Notes: generated by a model from the sequence alone, not told the origin. A stretch of DNA of 63,780 bases, filler included, from Reticulomyxa filosa (GCA_000512085.1; 20 parts of 20 records of this genome joined end to end with filler, not necessarily neighbours in it); one strand, 5' to 3'; positions 24,015 through 37,600 are shown, numbered from the whole stretch's first letter. A program made the numbers and translations.

Positions 24015-24779
24015 ATGAGTTATGTTTCGTTGGATCATTTCGAATTGTCGGCAAGCCGGTTGGCATTGGCGCTTCCACAAAAAAGCAAAAAGTCATCCAA
24101 AAAAAGACAAGTTTCAAACAATCCCAAAAAAAGTGGCAAGAAAGAATCAAAAAAAGGTTACAACAAGATCAAAAAGCAAAAGAAACGTGATGAACTTTCT
24201 TATCAAAAAAAGGATCTTTCCAGTAAATTTTGTACTGTTTGTTTGGACAATAAATCTTTGGATTTGATGTTGCTCCCATGTGCGCATGTGTTCCATGATG
24301 AATGCATTAGCAAGTAAAGTTTATGTGTAATTTTTATTTGTAAGATGAAGAAGGAAGTAAAAGGAGTGAAAAAAGAAATGAAATAGTATGCGTATTTTTT
24401 TTTTTTTTGAAAATGTTCGTTACTTTTTGCTTTTTTTTTTCTCGAAACTGCGTATTTCATTGGTGTGTTCATAAGAGTAAGATTTGTCGGGAAATAAAAA
24501 AAATAAATTTTTTTTTGTTTGTATACGTAATAAATTTTTTTTTTTTTTAAAAAAAAAAGATGGATGCATAATAACTTCTCCTGTCCTTTGTGTCGTCAAG
24601 GAATTGCGCAATTTGTACAATTGAAATGTACAAAGTCGACAATGAAAGAATTGGAAGATTTATGGCATAAATATTACACCAGTAATGACAGCGCGATGAA
24701 TGATAAGAAATGGATCATTTTAGAAACAAGCGACGATGCGCAATTGTATAACAAAAGCTATTTGATAAAGAAAGATTGA
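24015..24779 (+). CDS. RING-H2 E3 ligase-like protein with Lys-rich N-terminus, 2 exons
   Basis: CTVCLD...LLPCAHVFHDECISK|WMHNNFSCPLCR joined across a GT-AG intron at about 24314-24559. Confidence 0.85.
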
Positions 24780-25049
24780 CAAGTTTTTGCTGTTGTCGAG
24801 ACCGACGAAATAGTTTCCAAAATATGTACGACCAAGGAAGAATTGGGACAAGAGCAACAAACATCAAAATTAGATCTTGTGTACGATAATAACGAACAAG
24901 CTGGCGATAACACTGCTTCCCTTGTCATCAATTGAGTAGTTGGTGTTTTACTTCCACAAGATAGTGCCCCAATAGTACATGTTGAAAGCCATACTACTAA
25001 AACACAATGTAATCCGCACGGACAAGCCAGAATAGGATTATATATCAAT

Positions 25050-25226
25050 ACAATGTGATAAACTCAACTTTTTTTATCATCAATTTATTTTTGTCAAAAA
25101 TCATTCTTTCATTATATTCAAATTTTGACTTCAAATGAAATTGCTTTTCACGATGTTATCAATCGATGTTCTTGGAGTTGTTTAATAGAGTCATTTGCAT
25201 ACGAGTGTTGTAATGAAAAAATGCTA
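25050..25226. repeat. Dispersed repeat, copy 1 (copy 2 at about 27543-27717)
   Basis: GACTTCAAATGAAATTGC...ACGATGTTATCAATCG...AGAGTCATTTGCATACGAGTGTTGTAATGAAAAAATG recurs with mismatches on the next contig. Confidence 0.8.
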
Positions 25227-27542
25227 CACTCTTTTTTGTCCTCATTTTATCTTATTTTGACAAGTAATCTTTGGAGTTTTAGTAAGCATACACTCGCTTA
25301 TCGACTTGATACTGCTTGACACTACCAAAAGGTAGAACGAGTACAAGAATTGCTATTGTCTGTAGGCAAAAAAAAAACGTCTCCTTTCTAAACAGTACTG
25401 ATCATAAAAAGTTTCCTTCTGCCAATACTCAAAGTTAACCACAGTCGATTTAATTAAGGACTTCGAAAAGTAGCAAAGCAAAAAGAAGGAGATAAGAAAA
25501 AAGGATCCAATATCTCCTGCAGAAAACGCTGCGAACAACATTTATTTTCTGAGTAATTCATTCTTTTTAAATAGAATGCAAGTCGCAAAATTCAATGTCA
25601 GCTTTGTATCCAAACTCTCCAGAAAGGAACACAGATGTATGGATATGGAATATATAATCAAACTTCCAAAAAAAATTGGACTCACTTAATTTAATTATCA
25701 CATTAAAAAAGATGAGTTGAAAGTAAAAATAAAAAACAAACAACATAATCACTCTTCACAACGATTGTGGCTGTACCATATTATTAAACTTTCTTTTCAA
25801 ATAACAAAAAATAATTATTTTTTGGTAACTAGCAAAACAGTGAAATTTTGTGAACGTCAGAGTAGGAAGTTTATGAACCTTTTTTTTTTNNNNNNNNNNN
25901 NNNNNNNNNNNNNNNNNNNNNNNNNNNNNNNNNTTAATTAATTAANNNNNNNNNNNNNNNNNNNNNNNNNNNNNNNNNNNNNNNNNNNNGGGGTAAAAAA
26001 AAAAAAAAAATAAAAAAAAAAAAAAAAAAAAAACTATGGAAAGGTCGTTTGTGTGGTTGAACGCTTTGACGCGACCCCCTCCCCCCCCTTAGCAGCGAAC
26101 AAAAAACAATGGTGTTTGACGAAGGACAGGAGTCGCATCGTACCTAATTGAAGATACTAAAGTGGATAACGCAGCTTCCAATTGGAAGACGAACTTGCTT
26201 TGTGATGGTTCGTGGCCTCGAAGTGAGACGCTGAGAAGAGCTGATATGTTTTGCGCTCACTTTACAAAAAGCAATGGAAGCAATCGCAAAGGGGACGACT
26301 TGTTATCCGCCTCGTTACCAACAGACTACTGCGAAAACAACAGCCAAGTTCCAAATGGTGGAATATGGACAATGAGGCCTGTCCTTATGGGAGCGACTAT
26401 GGATCAATTGTCGTGCTGGAGCATGTGGCGATGTTGCTGTCACTCTGAGTATTGCTAATGGTCTTTCATTTAATAGACCTTTAGGAGGAGATCGCTTGTT
26501 GGCTTTGCAATACCGTTCCTGACGTTGCCATTTATTTCGTGCAGGTAAATGTATACGTATACATACATATATATATATGTATATATTATCTCGAACGAAT
26601 TGTTGTTGCCATTGACTCAGTAAAAAATACAACACTTTACAAAATAACAGATAAAGAAAATGAAAACGAAAACAAACCATGGCACCCGAATATTTATCGA
26701 GAGATTTACTGCAGTTGGTGTTGTTGGGTCTTTGGTGTCTTGGAGCGCACTTAGTGCTTCTTTATTGTTGGACAACCTTTTTTGGCTCTTTTCCAGTTAT
26801 TCAAAGATAATGAGGTCGCAGTCGATCGATCATAAGAAACAATTATGTTTCGACAAACTGGTACTCACAGCTGGGACAAATGGAGTTGTTATCCGCTCTG
26901 TAGCTATCTCTTCATTCTCCACCTTTTTACTACTCTCAACAGCTGGCCATACAGTGACGTTTTCGACCACAAATTCGACAAATACTGTCGCAAAATGTCA
27001 ACTGTTAATTTCTCTTTCGCGGGTTTAGAAACCATTTAACCAAATTTCTACCTTCTTATGTGATGTGTTCGTGTGCATTTGAATTTTTGTTTGATAACTT
27101 GGAAAAGTACTAATGTTTGGGAGGGCTGTAATACTTTCATATCTATGTGATGTTAGTATTTTTCATAACTCTTTGATTGCTTTAAATTTATTGTTGTGCT
27201 CTTTTTTTATTGACGCCAGAAAAGTTTAAAAGACATTGTGGTTGTTACTTTTACAAAATCTCAAATGTTTTCTCAATGTATCGAATTGCTTTTCGAATGA
27301 TATAAAATGTAAAGTGTATATAATACACATGTGTATTTTCTTCGTATCATGTTGCTATGTCAATGTCGTAATTTTTTATTATAAAAAAAAAAAAAAGCGA
27401 GACACTTTGCGAGCCGCCACACTCGCTTACTGATTGTCCAGGCTATCGGAGCATTATCTTGTGGAAGTGAAACACCACCTACTACGGGAGGGATGAACAT
27501 TATTAATTCACTGGACATCACTACCAAGTACTATACATCGTT

Positions 27543-27717
27543 ACAATGATTAAATCGAAAATTATGTAACATCAATTCATTTTTGGAAAAATAATTTTTT
27601 AGTCATATTCAAACTTGGACTTCAAATGGAATTGCTGTCAACGATATTATCAATCGCTGTTCTTGGGGTTTGTGTATAGTAGAGTCATTCGCATACGAGC
27701 GTTGTAATGAAAAAATG
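27543..27717. repeat. Dispersed repeat, copy 2
   Basis: GACTTCAAATGGAATTGC...ACGATATTATCAATCG...AGAGTCATTCGCATACGAGCGTTGTAATGAAAAAATG; same orientation as 25050-25226. Confidence 0.8.
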
Positions 27718-29200
27718 ATGGTTATCACATGATCCATTTACAATTCAAATAGCTTTTTGTAATCGGATCACAGATTCTTTCAATAGTTACAAGTTTGTGG
27801 ATATGAATTTACGTTTATAGCTAAGACTCATTGAAAAAATTAATTTGAACAATATTTGTAAATACATACAATCGTTTATCTACTCTACAATTCAAAAAAA
27901 AAGATAAAATGCGAAATTTTGTTTTATTAAAAAAAGATTTTCTCCATCAGTCCATTGGACATTTTCTCTCAAAATTTTAGCATTGCCCACTTAAAAATAA
28001 AAACAATTCAACACAAGTGCACACAATTAGTAACCAGTAACACAATACTTTGTGATTTGCCTAGTGCAACAATTGGTTTTTTTCATATACACGACAAAAT
28101 TCGCAATTTTTAAGCAGAAAAACCATGTTCTTTTAAAACAACGCAACACAGTCTTGGATTCAAATGCAAGCCAATATTTTAATCTGGCAAAATCCAAAGT
28201 ACTTGTCCATGGAATTGTGTTAGTGCGTGTTATCCACGTTGATATTGGAATGGTTTATACGTAAAAGCTGGAGCCCACTTGAAATGGAGCTTGGTATTGG
28301 TTACAAGGAACAAAAGAGTAAGTGTGGATTTGGTATTGGATTTTTTGATCGGCGGGTTGTCTACACATTCGACACCAACGAGCAAAGTTTCCGTGATAAA
28401 TCTACTTGTGCACCAGGAATGAGTCATGACACCACCACAGATATTGGGATATCAATTGTTGCGCATTCAAATGGCTGGGCACAAAGTCCTTTTGGTATTG
28501 CTTTTTTACCATATGATTTTTTTTTTTTACAATTTTTAATCAATCCAAATATATGCCAACGACTGTTGATATTGAAAATTGTAAAATGACCAACCACACC
28601 ATCTAAAGATTTCGTGCAAAAAAAAAAATCCCAACACACCAACCGAATCAAACTTTGCAATTCCAATGTGTGAGAGGCCAAAAAGAATAAATTTAAAAAG
28701 TTTTTTTTTAAGTTGTATAATCTTGGTGTTAACGGAGTATTACTACAGGTAAAGACCATTCATAAATCGATAAGATAAGATCTTGATCAAATAAAGAGAT
28801 TTTATTTTATTTTATTTGACTTAATAGTTAAGATCCGACATATTGTAGTTGCGAGTCAATACATGTAAAGTTTTTTTCATATAATTTAATATTAACAGTC
28901 ATATCTGATTGGAAAAATATATTGATGCAGCAGTAGAAGCAAAATTACAGGAAATTCAAAAGCAATATGACGCAAAGAAAGAGAACATTACGCAACGTTT
29001 TGAAAACGTCAAACAACAGCTGGAAAAAATAGTTAAATCACAATAGAGTATTGTTCCAACTTAAAAATTATTTAATTAATTGTTTTTAACATGAACAAGT
29101 NNNNNNNNNNNNNNNNNNNNNNNNNNNNNNNNNNNNNNNNNNNNTTAATTAATTAANNNNNNNNNNNNNNNNNNNNNNNNNNNNNNNNNNNNNNNNNNNN

Positions 29201-29232
<32 letters not shown>

Positions 29233-29319
29233 CCTCCCCCCCCCTCCTCCCTCCCCCTTTTCCCAATATACGCACACATAACTATTTTTTTTTAAAAAAA
29301 TAAATACAAAAAAAAAGAG

Positions 29320-30259
29320 GTTCGAATGTTACTTTGTGAAATGAAAAGACAAAAACAAATGCGGCGAAACCTCCTCCTCGTCGACGGTCGAGCGCTCAAC
29401 TGATCGAGGAACGATACAAAGGCAAAGTGACGCGCTATCTGCGAAAGGAAGATGTAACGCGCCTGATGGAACGACTGAAGGAGATTGGGAGAGACGAACC
29501 GAAAGACGACAAAAAAAAGCGACGAAAGGGACGGAAGTGCAAGGGGCCAAGTCGAGCACCAATGTTCTGAACACGACCGACTCCAATCGTCTGAAAAAGA
29601 CGTTTTATACTCATTTGGACATTCGACAATGGACAAGCACGCCTTCGAAAGACAACAAAAGCGAGTCGAAAAAAGCGACGGAAAAGTTGGGCGAAACTGG
29701 ATTGCTGTATGTCGACAATGCAAAACGACAACGTGACGAAAAAGAATTCGAAGGACTCATCATTGTCACCACTTTGGTGTGCTCCATTATTCGCTCGTGT
29801 CGCAGGCCCACTACCAAATTGATCGGCTTGGAGATTTTGAAAGGCTTTGGCGTGTATTTGAACGATCACGTGCGTCTCGACAGACTCATTCCTTATGTTC
29901 GCAGTATCATCCACGACGACAGCCAAAAACGTATCAATGAAGAACACTCAGTTGTCGTGGCAAAAGCACTCGAAGTCATTACCGTTGTCCTTCAGCAAGT
30001 CGTCCAAGTCCCGCCCAAATATGCTGGATATTTTCTAGTTTCGAAGTGCCTTTATTTTATTTATTTATTTTTCTCTATCTTTTATTATTATTATTATTAT
30101 ATTTTTGCTCAATAGGATTACATATCAGATACCATAATCAAACTTATTTCCGAAAGAAAAGAAAACGAAGAAATCATACGAATTGAAATTGCTCAACAAT
30201 TGTCCAAATTAGCTACTACTGCAAAGTACTTTTTGGATTACAGAGATAAGGATCGCCAG
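29320..30259 (+). CDS. VPS15: VPS15 / PIK3R4 (PI3K regulatory subunit), internal HEAT-region exons
   Basis: EGLIIVTTLVCSIIRSCRRPTTKLIGLEILKGFGVYLNDHVRLDRLIPYVRSII...KALEVITVVLQQV...PP..A..FL|DYI...EEIIRIEIAQQLSKLA.TA..FL matches the conserved start of the Vps15 HEAT region. Confidence 0.85.
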
Positions 30260-31756
30260 GTTTCGATATTATATACATTTATATATATATATATATATAT
30301 ATTATTTTTTTTTTGAATTAAAACAAATAGATAAATAAATAACTACTGTATTCATTTGCTTATTTTTTTAAAAAAAAAAAAAAAAAAANNNNNNNNNNNN
30401 NNNNNNNNNNNNNNNNNNNNNNNNNNNNNNNNTTAATTAATTAANNNNNNNNNNNNNNNNNNNNNNNNNNNNNNNNNNNNNNNNNNNNTTTTTTTTGAAC
30501 GAAAATAAATCGACATGTTTTGGCAGTTGTAAAATTCATAATTTGGATGTTCTCCAATCAATTATAATATACAAAAATATTTTCTTGTAATCAACCCAAA
30601 CAGACATACAAACAAAACAAAAAGACCAGGCACAAATTGTTTATTTCCAACAACTAATGGATAAAGTAGAGAAACATTCAAAACAGATTTCCATTTCCTT
30701 TTTTTCACATTTAAATTTTTAATTGTTTTTCTTTTCTCAAATGTTGTAAAGCCAGTCAATAAGAAAACAAAACGAACAAAAAAAATCATAAACTACCTAC
30801 AATATCTGCCTCTTTCTTCTTCCATTTTCCTTTGGTTTTGGTGGCAAAATTCAACCAAAAAACAATATTTGAATAGAAGAACAAAAAAGGAAAAGTGAAT
30901 GAACAATTAACAAACAAAATTACAAACTCAAACAGATGCTATAAAAAAAAAACAAAAACATAAATAAACAAAGAAAGTTGAAACAGTAACAACATTTGAG
31001 AATACACAAAAAATAAATAAATAAATGATAACACAAATTAAAACATAGACAAACAGCCAAATAAACAAACAACCAAAAATGAAAAACAAAGAAAAATTGT
31101 TAATCTTAACAATAAGGGCTAAATCTGTCTCTTACAACAACACATTCCTTTTCTGTTTTTCACTTTCATCTTTTTAAAACAAATGTATTTTTATTTTTCT
31201 TTAAACAAGTTTGACCAAAGAGAGGAGGCAAAGAAATTTTTTCTTTTTTTAAAATACTGGGTTTATGATTTGCTGGATAGTTCATTATTTGAACGCATGG
31301 TCTGAATAAAAAGATCTTTTCACCATTGCACGTGGATCGCGTTTATTGATTTCTATTTGTTTATTTATTTCGGAGGAAGTTGCCGGACATAGTATTCGTT
31401 TGTTCTATTCCTCTTTCTTTCTTACCACTAAAATAACGTATGATTGATTGAGGATAGTGTGTCAGATTACGTCCGCTTTAAAAGGGAGGTGGTGTTGACT
31501 GGGGTCGAGGGAAAATAACACCGAATCTAATTTTTAATTTTGCATTTGAATTGATTTTCACATAAATGTGAAGGAAGTCGTTGCATAAGCTGAGAGGAAA
31601 AGCCTTTTCGTTTTGTTTTATTTTATTTGTTTTCTTTTTTTTTTTTGACTTCCTTTNNNNNNNNNNNNNNNNNNNNNNNNNNNNNNNNNNNNNNNNNNNN
31701 TTAATTAATTAANNNNNNNNNNNNNNNNNNNNNNNNNNNNNNNNNNNNNNNNNNNN

Positions 31757-31797
<41 letters not shown>

Positions 31798-31817
31798 TAC
31801 ATAAATAAAAAAAAAAA

Positions 31818-32853
31818 CTTGTTTTTCCAACTGGTCATTCAATTTTGGGAAAATGGAACGATAACCTTTCTGAATAGACGGAATGCTTTGGTTCATATAC
31901 CTAGCCTTGTTTAGGAAAAACATGCACGGCTGAAAGTGCTTCAGCTGGTACAACACCCCTGCCAATTCATAATACACGATTGCCCAATTGCTCTCGCATG
32001 TTATGGCGAAAATATACTGCATTAATGCCTCGTCAAATCGTTGACACGAATAATGTAAACTATTCACAATCCGTTGTTTTTGTTTGCCTGGGGTCTGTAT
32101 GTACCATATATGTGTCATATATATAAAATATGTATGTATACATACATAAATATAATATCTAATACATATATATATATATGTGCCATTCGTATATGTTCAT
32201 ATTATGTACCAAACTGTAATCCGTAATAGAAATGCGTCTCAAAATATTCGTATTTGGATACTTTCAATATTTCTTCAAACACTTGTTGTGCTTCTCTATG
32301 CCGTTCAATTCAAACATACAATGCTCTTTTTTTAATGGACCGAAGAGGAAAGAAAAAGGGGAGTCTCTGCTTCTTGCATAACTGCACTTTTCCCATGGAA
32401 GATAGACAGTAGCCATACACACACTGCAAATGAATCATACTGAAATTGGTTTTATGTCGAAAGGGTATTTTACAATACTCGGGCATTTTTTCAGGCAGAT
32501 AGCGGTACTTTTGGCTATCCGTATTTTTCTTGTTTGTCGGCAGAGGCGATCGAGTTTTTTTTGATTCGACTTGATTTTTTTGTTATTACCCGAATATCTT
32601 ATCTTTATCTTTGTCTTTGTCTTTATTTTTGCTATTGCCATTGTTGTCATCGTCATCATCATTATGATCAAAGACAATCTCATCTCCTGATGACAGCCCA
32701 CTATTTGAGGAAAAAGATAAAGGTGAGTCTAATTCTGGTTGCGGCTGTAATTGTGGCTCTGGTTGTGGTTGCAGCAATGGTCGTGGTTGTGGTTGTGGTT
32801 GTGGTTGTGATTGTGGTTGTGATTGTGATTGTGATTGTGATTGTGATTGTGAT
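31818..32853 (-). CDS. TPR-containing protein, internal fragment
   Basis: HREAQQVFEEIL...THFYYG...LHYSCQRFDEALMQYIFAI...AIVYYELAGVLYQLKHF...FLNKA are TPR-like helix pairs, preceded by (HN)n and QPQPE low-complexity sequence. Confidence 0.6.
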
Positions 32854-32953
32854 NNNNNNNNNNNNNNNNNNNNNNNNNNNNNNNNNNNNNNNNNNNNTTA
32901 ATTAATTAANNNNNNNNNNNNNNNNNNNNNNNNNNNNNNNNNNNNNNNNNNNN

Positions 32954-34870
32954 ACGTTTCTACCAAGTTGAACCACTATCTATGGAATGTTCTTCCAATA
33001 AGTGGTTTTCTCGGTTGCCGTAAATAAGTATTTTTTGACAAATTCCACGATCTTTTGTTCATCGACTCCAACTCCTTCTCTGCAGCCGTTGCGACACCAC
33101 AATGTAAGTATTTTTTTTTACTTTGCGCGTATCGCAGCATCTTTCTTTTTTTTCTTCTTGGCGAACTTTCTTTCGTCGTCTGGCTGTACCAAGATCCAAC
33201 TTTCCGGGCTTGGATCTTGTCCAACTGTTCCACTGGAGCGGATGAAGTTAGCATTTGAAAAAAATTGTGTCTCTTGTGATGAGACACACATTGAGCGGGC
33301 ATTTTCAGTACGGCCAAAGTTTGGATTGGTACTTTAATAATGGAATATCATTTTTTTTTTCCATTCTTGGGCGTATTTGCTACGAACATTTCTTCCATCA
33401 GCTCATACAAGGTTCAAAATCAAAGTTGCGAATGTGCGTACGCATACGACCAGTTTCGGCACGAGTTCCAATTCTGCGTTTCGATTGTTGTCATAGTTTC
33501 TAAAGTTAGGCTTTTTTCATAACGGCAGAGTTTCATTTGTTCATTGCGCCTATAGCCCAAAGTTCGAAGCTATCTTTGGCTTTGCCACGCCGACAATTAT
33601 CCGCATAGACTTGCTTTCGCCTACGTTGATCGTAAACAAGTTCTTTCCAATTATTCTGGTTACCACACTCATTGATCGATTGACGCGCTATGAGAACGCA
33701 TTGCATGTCTGAAAACACTAAGTCTCCACTCGCGAGCGTGAAGAGCCAGTATATAATCGCACTAAGCAAATCTGACAGTTTTTTTTGACAACCCAAACGT
33801 GATATAATTTCGATATTCTCATTCCTCTTTTCATCCTTATCTTCCTTACATTTCTCTTCTTGATTGCTGATATCTTGACGGAGTTTCGCAAAACTCCTCC
33901 ACCAAATTGGACCACTCTCACACGAAACGTTCTCCTAATGCAGCGATTTTCTCAATTGACATGAGTAAGTGTTCCTTAAAAGCTTCAACGTTCTTTTCTT
34001 CACCACCCTCCACTTCTTCTCTACTGCCGTTGCCACACCACGATGTCGTTATCTTTCTAATTTGCGCTTATCGTCGCCTCTTGATTTTTTTTCTTCTTGG
34101 TGAGCTTTCGTCCTGGCGGCACCAAGATCCAAGTTTCCTGAATTCATCTGAGAAAATCTTACCATATTGTCCCACGAGATCGTATGGACTTTGTAATTGA
34201 AAAAAAATCGTCTCCCTTGTGGATAGACAACTTTGCACGAGTAGTTCCAGTATGCCAACGTTTGGATTGACAATGTAATGAGTGATTGAGTACTATTCTT
34301 CTTTTTTTCATTCTTGGACTTATTCATTGATGAAGATTATTTCCATAAGTTCATGCAATGTTCAATCCAAAGTTGATAATGTGTGTACGCACACGACCAT
34401 TTTCTATTCTTTTCATATATTCGTGAGATTAGCGTTATTTCCATAACAACCTAGTTTCACTTGCTTGTTGGCGCTGTAGTCACAGTTTGACATGTCTTTG
34501 GTGCTTTGCATTCCAACAATTATTCAAAAATATTTTTGAGCATAAGTTGATGTCAAATAAATTGTTCAATTGTTCCTTGTGCCAATGCTTGTATATTCAA
34601 TTGGAGCGTGATATGTAAAACTAGTCCACGCCATCGATTGGCGACTTTGAGCGTTTCCAGACATATAACCAAACGAAAGCCTGCCAACGTGTTTTTTTAA
34701 AAAAACAAATCCAACTTGATGTCGTCTTGGAATTTTCTTCTTTTCGTCATCCTCCTCCTAGTCAATTTCTTGCTTGCCTGTATCTTGATCCGAGTTTCGC
34801 ATAACTCCTCCATCATTGAGCAGCTATCACTATCAGAGCGACCCGTCTTTGCGCTTCAGTTGTTGTCCTT
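32954..34870 (-). pseudogene. Tandem pair of decayed paralogous coding units (about 950-bp period)
   Basis: 33085-33470 aligns by eye with 34025-34400, and 33525-33910 with 34450-34820 (e.g. GCCGTTGCGACACCAC/GCCGTTGCCACACCAC; GAGTTTCGCAAAACTCCTCCA/GAGTTTCGCATAACTCCTCCA). Both copies are full of stops and frameshifts. Confidence 0.7.
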
Positions 34871-35250
34871 TTTCCCCTTCCCTTTTTCTATCTTCTTCAT
34901 TCTTTTTTCATTTCTTCCCTTTTCCTTTTACTTTTTTCCTTTTTGTTTCTTTTTTTATTTTTTCTCTTTTTAATCTTTTTTTCCTTTTTTACAATTGCCA
35001 TTTTTTTTTATTTTCTCATTCTTGTAATTTTTTTTTATTTTCTCATTCTTCTAATTTTTTTTCATTTTCTTAAATAAAATTTTTCTATTTTTCATTTTTT
35101 CCCAATATCCCAATATCCCAATCTTTTCCCCATCATTTTCCCATCCTTTTCCAATCATTTTCCCGTCCTCTTCCCATCCTTTTCCCATCCTTTTCCCATT
35201 CTTTTCCCATTCTTTTCACATTACTTTTTCCCTATCCCTCTCGTCTCAAA
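34860..35250. repeat. Pyrimidine-rich low-complexity tract with CCATCCTTTTC-like repeats
   Basis: Tandem TTTTCCCAT(C/T) and TTTTCTCATTCTT units. Confidence 0.75.
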
Positions 35251-35830
35251 TATAAATATAAATAAAAATAAAAATAAAAAAAACTTCCAATTTTGTTTTG
35301 ATATGGACTCCTATTTAAACATTCACAAAGTAAAATTTTTCATTTTTTAAGAAAAAAAACAAATGACATACTTTTTGCACTGAGCTAAAAGCTCCATTTC
35401 CAATATTCCTACTATTTTTTTCTTTTGCACGGGGAGGAGGGAACACATATATTTTTTTTTGACGGAGGCATGCCTATTCATATACAAACATACTTTTTAT
35501 TAAAAAATAAAAACAAATAAAAAAAATACAAACTCTTGTATTTTTTTTGGAATGCTGGTTTGGCTTCAACTCCGTAGTTTTTATTTGAAGGGAGGGGACG
35601 TATAATTTTTTATTATTTTTTGATGGAGGGTTGAGGCTGTAATTGATAACACACAAAATCATTATGTCAAAAAAAATTAAAAAAAAGAATATACACAACA
35701 AACCATATTTTCTCCTTGTGGNNNNNNNNNNNNNNNNNNNNNNNNNNNNNNNNNNNNNNNNNNNNTTAATTAATTAANNNNNNNNNNNNNNNNNNNNNNN
35801 NNNNNNNNNNNNNNNNNNNNNTTTTTACCC

Positions 35831-35863
<33 letters not shown>

Positions 35864-35930
35864 AAGTGGATGGACTCTGTTTTTTTTTGTTTTTTTTTTT
35901 TTTTTAAATATACATATACATATACAAAAC

Positions 35931-37600
35931 AGCATTAAAATCCCAAGCAACATAATCGATTTGACATTCTTTTGGCAAAAACGAGTTAATGAAGTGCACG
36001 CACTTGGCGAACTCGCGACCGACGACACTTTCCCTGGCGTGTCCCTCTCTTTGCTTGATCAGGTTCAAGACCAGCAAAGGAGCGCCGTAGCGCTTAAACA
36101 CGTTGAGGAAGTGTCTTTTCGCGGCGACGTAACTGGCATCGACTTTTTGGACAAAGATATCGGGCTTGGGGATCATTGGGTCGCTATCTTGCACCCAAAA
36201 GACAGGGATGGAGGCTCTCATTTGCACGTGACTGGTGAACTGTCCGTCGATGGCATTGCCGCCTCCGACACGCTCGTGCAAGATCTGTTCGACTTCGACG
36301 TCGTTGGCACTTTGTCCGCGATCATTGATGCCACGTTTCAAATAGCGCGTACCGGCGTAGTTTTTGTTGCGTCTGGAAATGAGAGTCAGCGTAAAGTCTC
36401 GCTGGAACACACTACAAATCTGCGACTCATAAAAGCCATGGATGAGCGGTAATATCCACATGTCCGTATACGTGCGACAGCGCAGAGGCTTCAATAAATA
36501 CTCATTCCAAATAAACAACGGATTGGCGTTCTTTCGAAAGTGATTGCACATATTGTACTGCAATGTGCGACTCAAGTCGTACGTATAACTGAAGTAAAAC
36601 TCCTTCGTCAGGTCGATGGCTCCGAACAAATTCTTGTAACGTCCCTCGTCATTTCGCAGTCGCTTGCTCGTCGCACTGTCCGCGAGAGATGGAGCCAGTG
36701 CAATCATTGTCGTCTTCTCGATCTTGTAGATCTTGTGCCATCCAATCATCCCCACTTGTCGTCGCTCCGCTATCAACATGATATTGTATCCTTCCAAAAA
36801 AACGCACCAAACCGACAATCCCATATCCCGAGTAGCGCTGAATCGCATTGGCGTATGTTCGATTCACGCCTTCGATTGCTTCGCTTAGTATGTCCATTTG
36901 TTCTTTCGAGTAACTTTTCTTATCCTCCACAATTTCCATATCATCTTCATCTCGATCTTTATCTTGTGCTTGTCCTTGTATGTCAACTTCTTCATCCACA
37001 TCATCTTTCTCCTCCTTCTCTTCCTTCTCCTTCTCTTCCTTCTCCTTCTCTTCCTCCTTCTCTTTCTCTTTTTCCTCTTCTTTTTCTTTGTCATTGTTCT
37101 CTTCTTTGTTTGACATGGACGTCCTACAATCGATCTTCAACAACCAATATTTCGTTCGCTCTTGATTGCATCCCACAATATAGAATTTCTAAAGCGTATA
37201 TTTACATGCATGCATGTACACATATGCATACGTATACATACATATATATATATATATGTATATATATATTTATATTTATATATATGTATATACGTATAAA
37301 AAAAAAGGAGTACTAACGTTGGAGAGATCGTACATATCAATGAATTGAATGGAGTCTCGCAATGGCGGTAATTGGACAGTACCTTTAACAACTTTGGGTC
37401 GATTTGGAGTGTGCTGGACATTGGAGTGGGAAGAGGGTGGCAATGTGGTTACTAGGTTTGCAGTGTGTACGTCTTCGATGGACGAGTCTTTGTTGGACAG
37501 CGGCGCTGGGGTTGTCGAATCTCGACGAAAAGACCGAAACATCGAGCCGAACAGTCCGTCCCTTTCTGCCGCTTCTTTGCGTTCCTTGGCTTTTTGCAGT
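35931..37600 (-). CDS. FIG4: FIG4/SAC3 polyphosphoinositide phosphatase, N-terminal half
   Basis: KFYIVGCNQERTKYWLLKID; YGIVGLVRFLEGY...HKIYKI; IDLTKEFYFSYTYDLSRTLQYN; ISRR...AGTRYLKRGIN..G..ANDVEVEQI; SHVQMRASIPVFWVQ; RYGAPLLVLNLIK. One extra T at 36796-36802 splits the frame. Confidence 0.95.

Noticed and set aside
25990-27100. Coding-like region on contig 8
   Set aside because: Could not assemble a consistent spliced ORF on either strand or recognise a domain.
28050-28600. Short overlapping ORFs
   Set aside because: Stops in all plausible frames and no recognisable motif.
30489-31656. Contig 10 as a gene-bearing region
   Set aside because: Mostly A/T-rich non-coding sequence; at most a short terminal exon near 31263-31405 (-) with no identifiable product.
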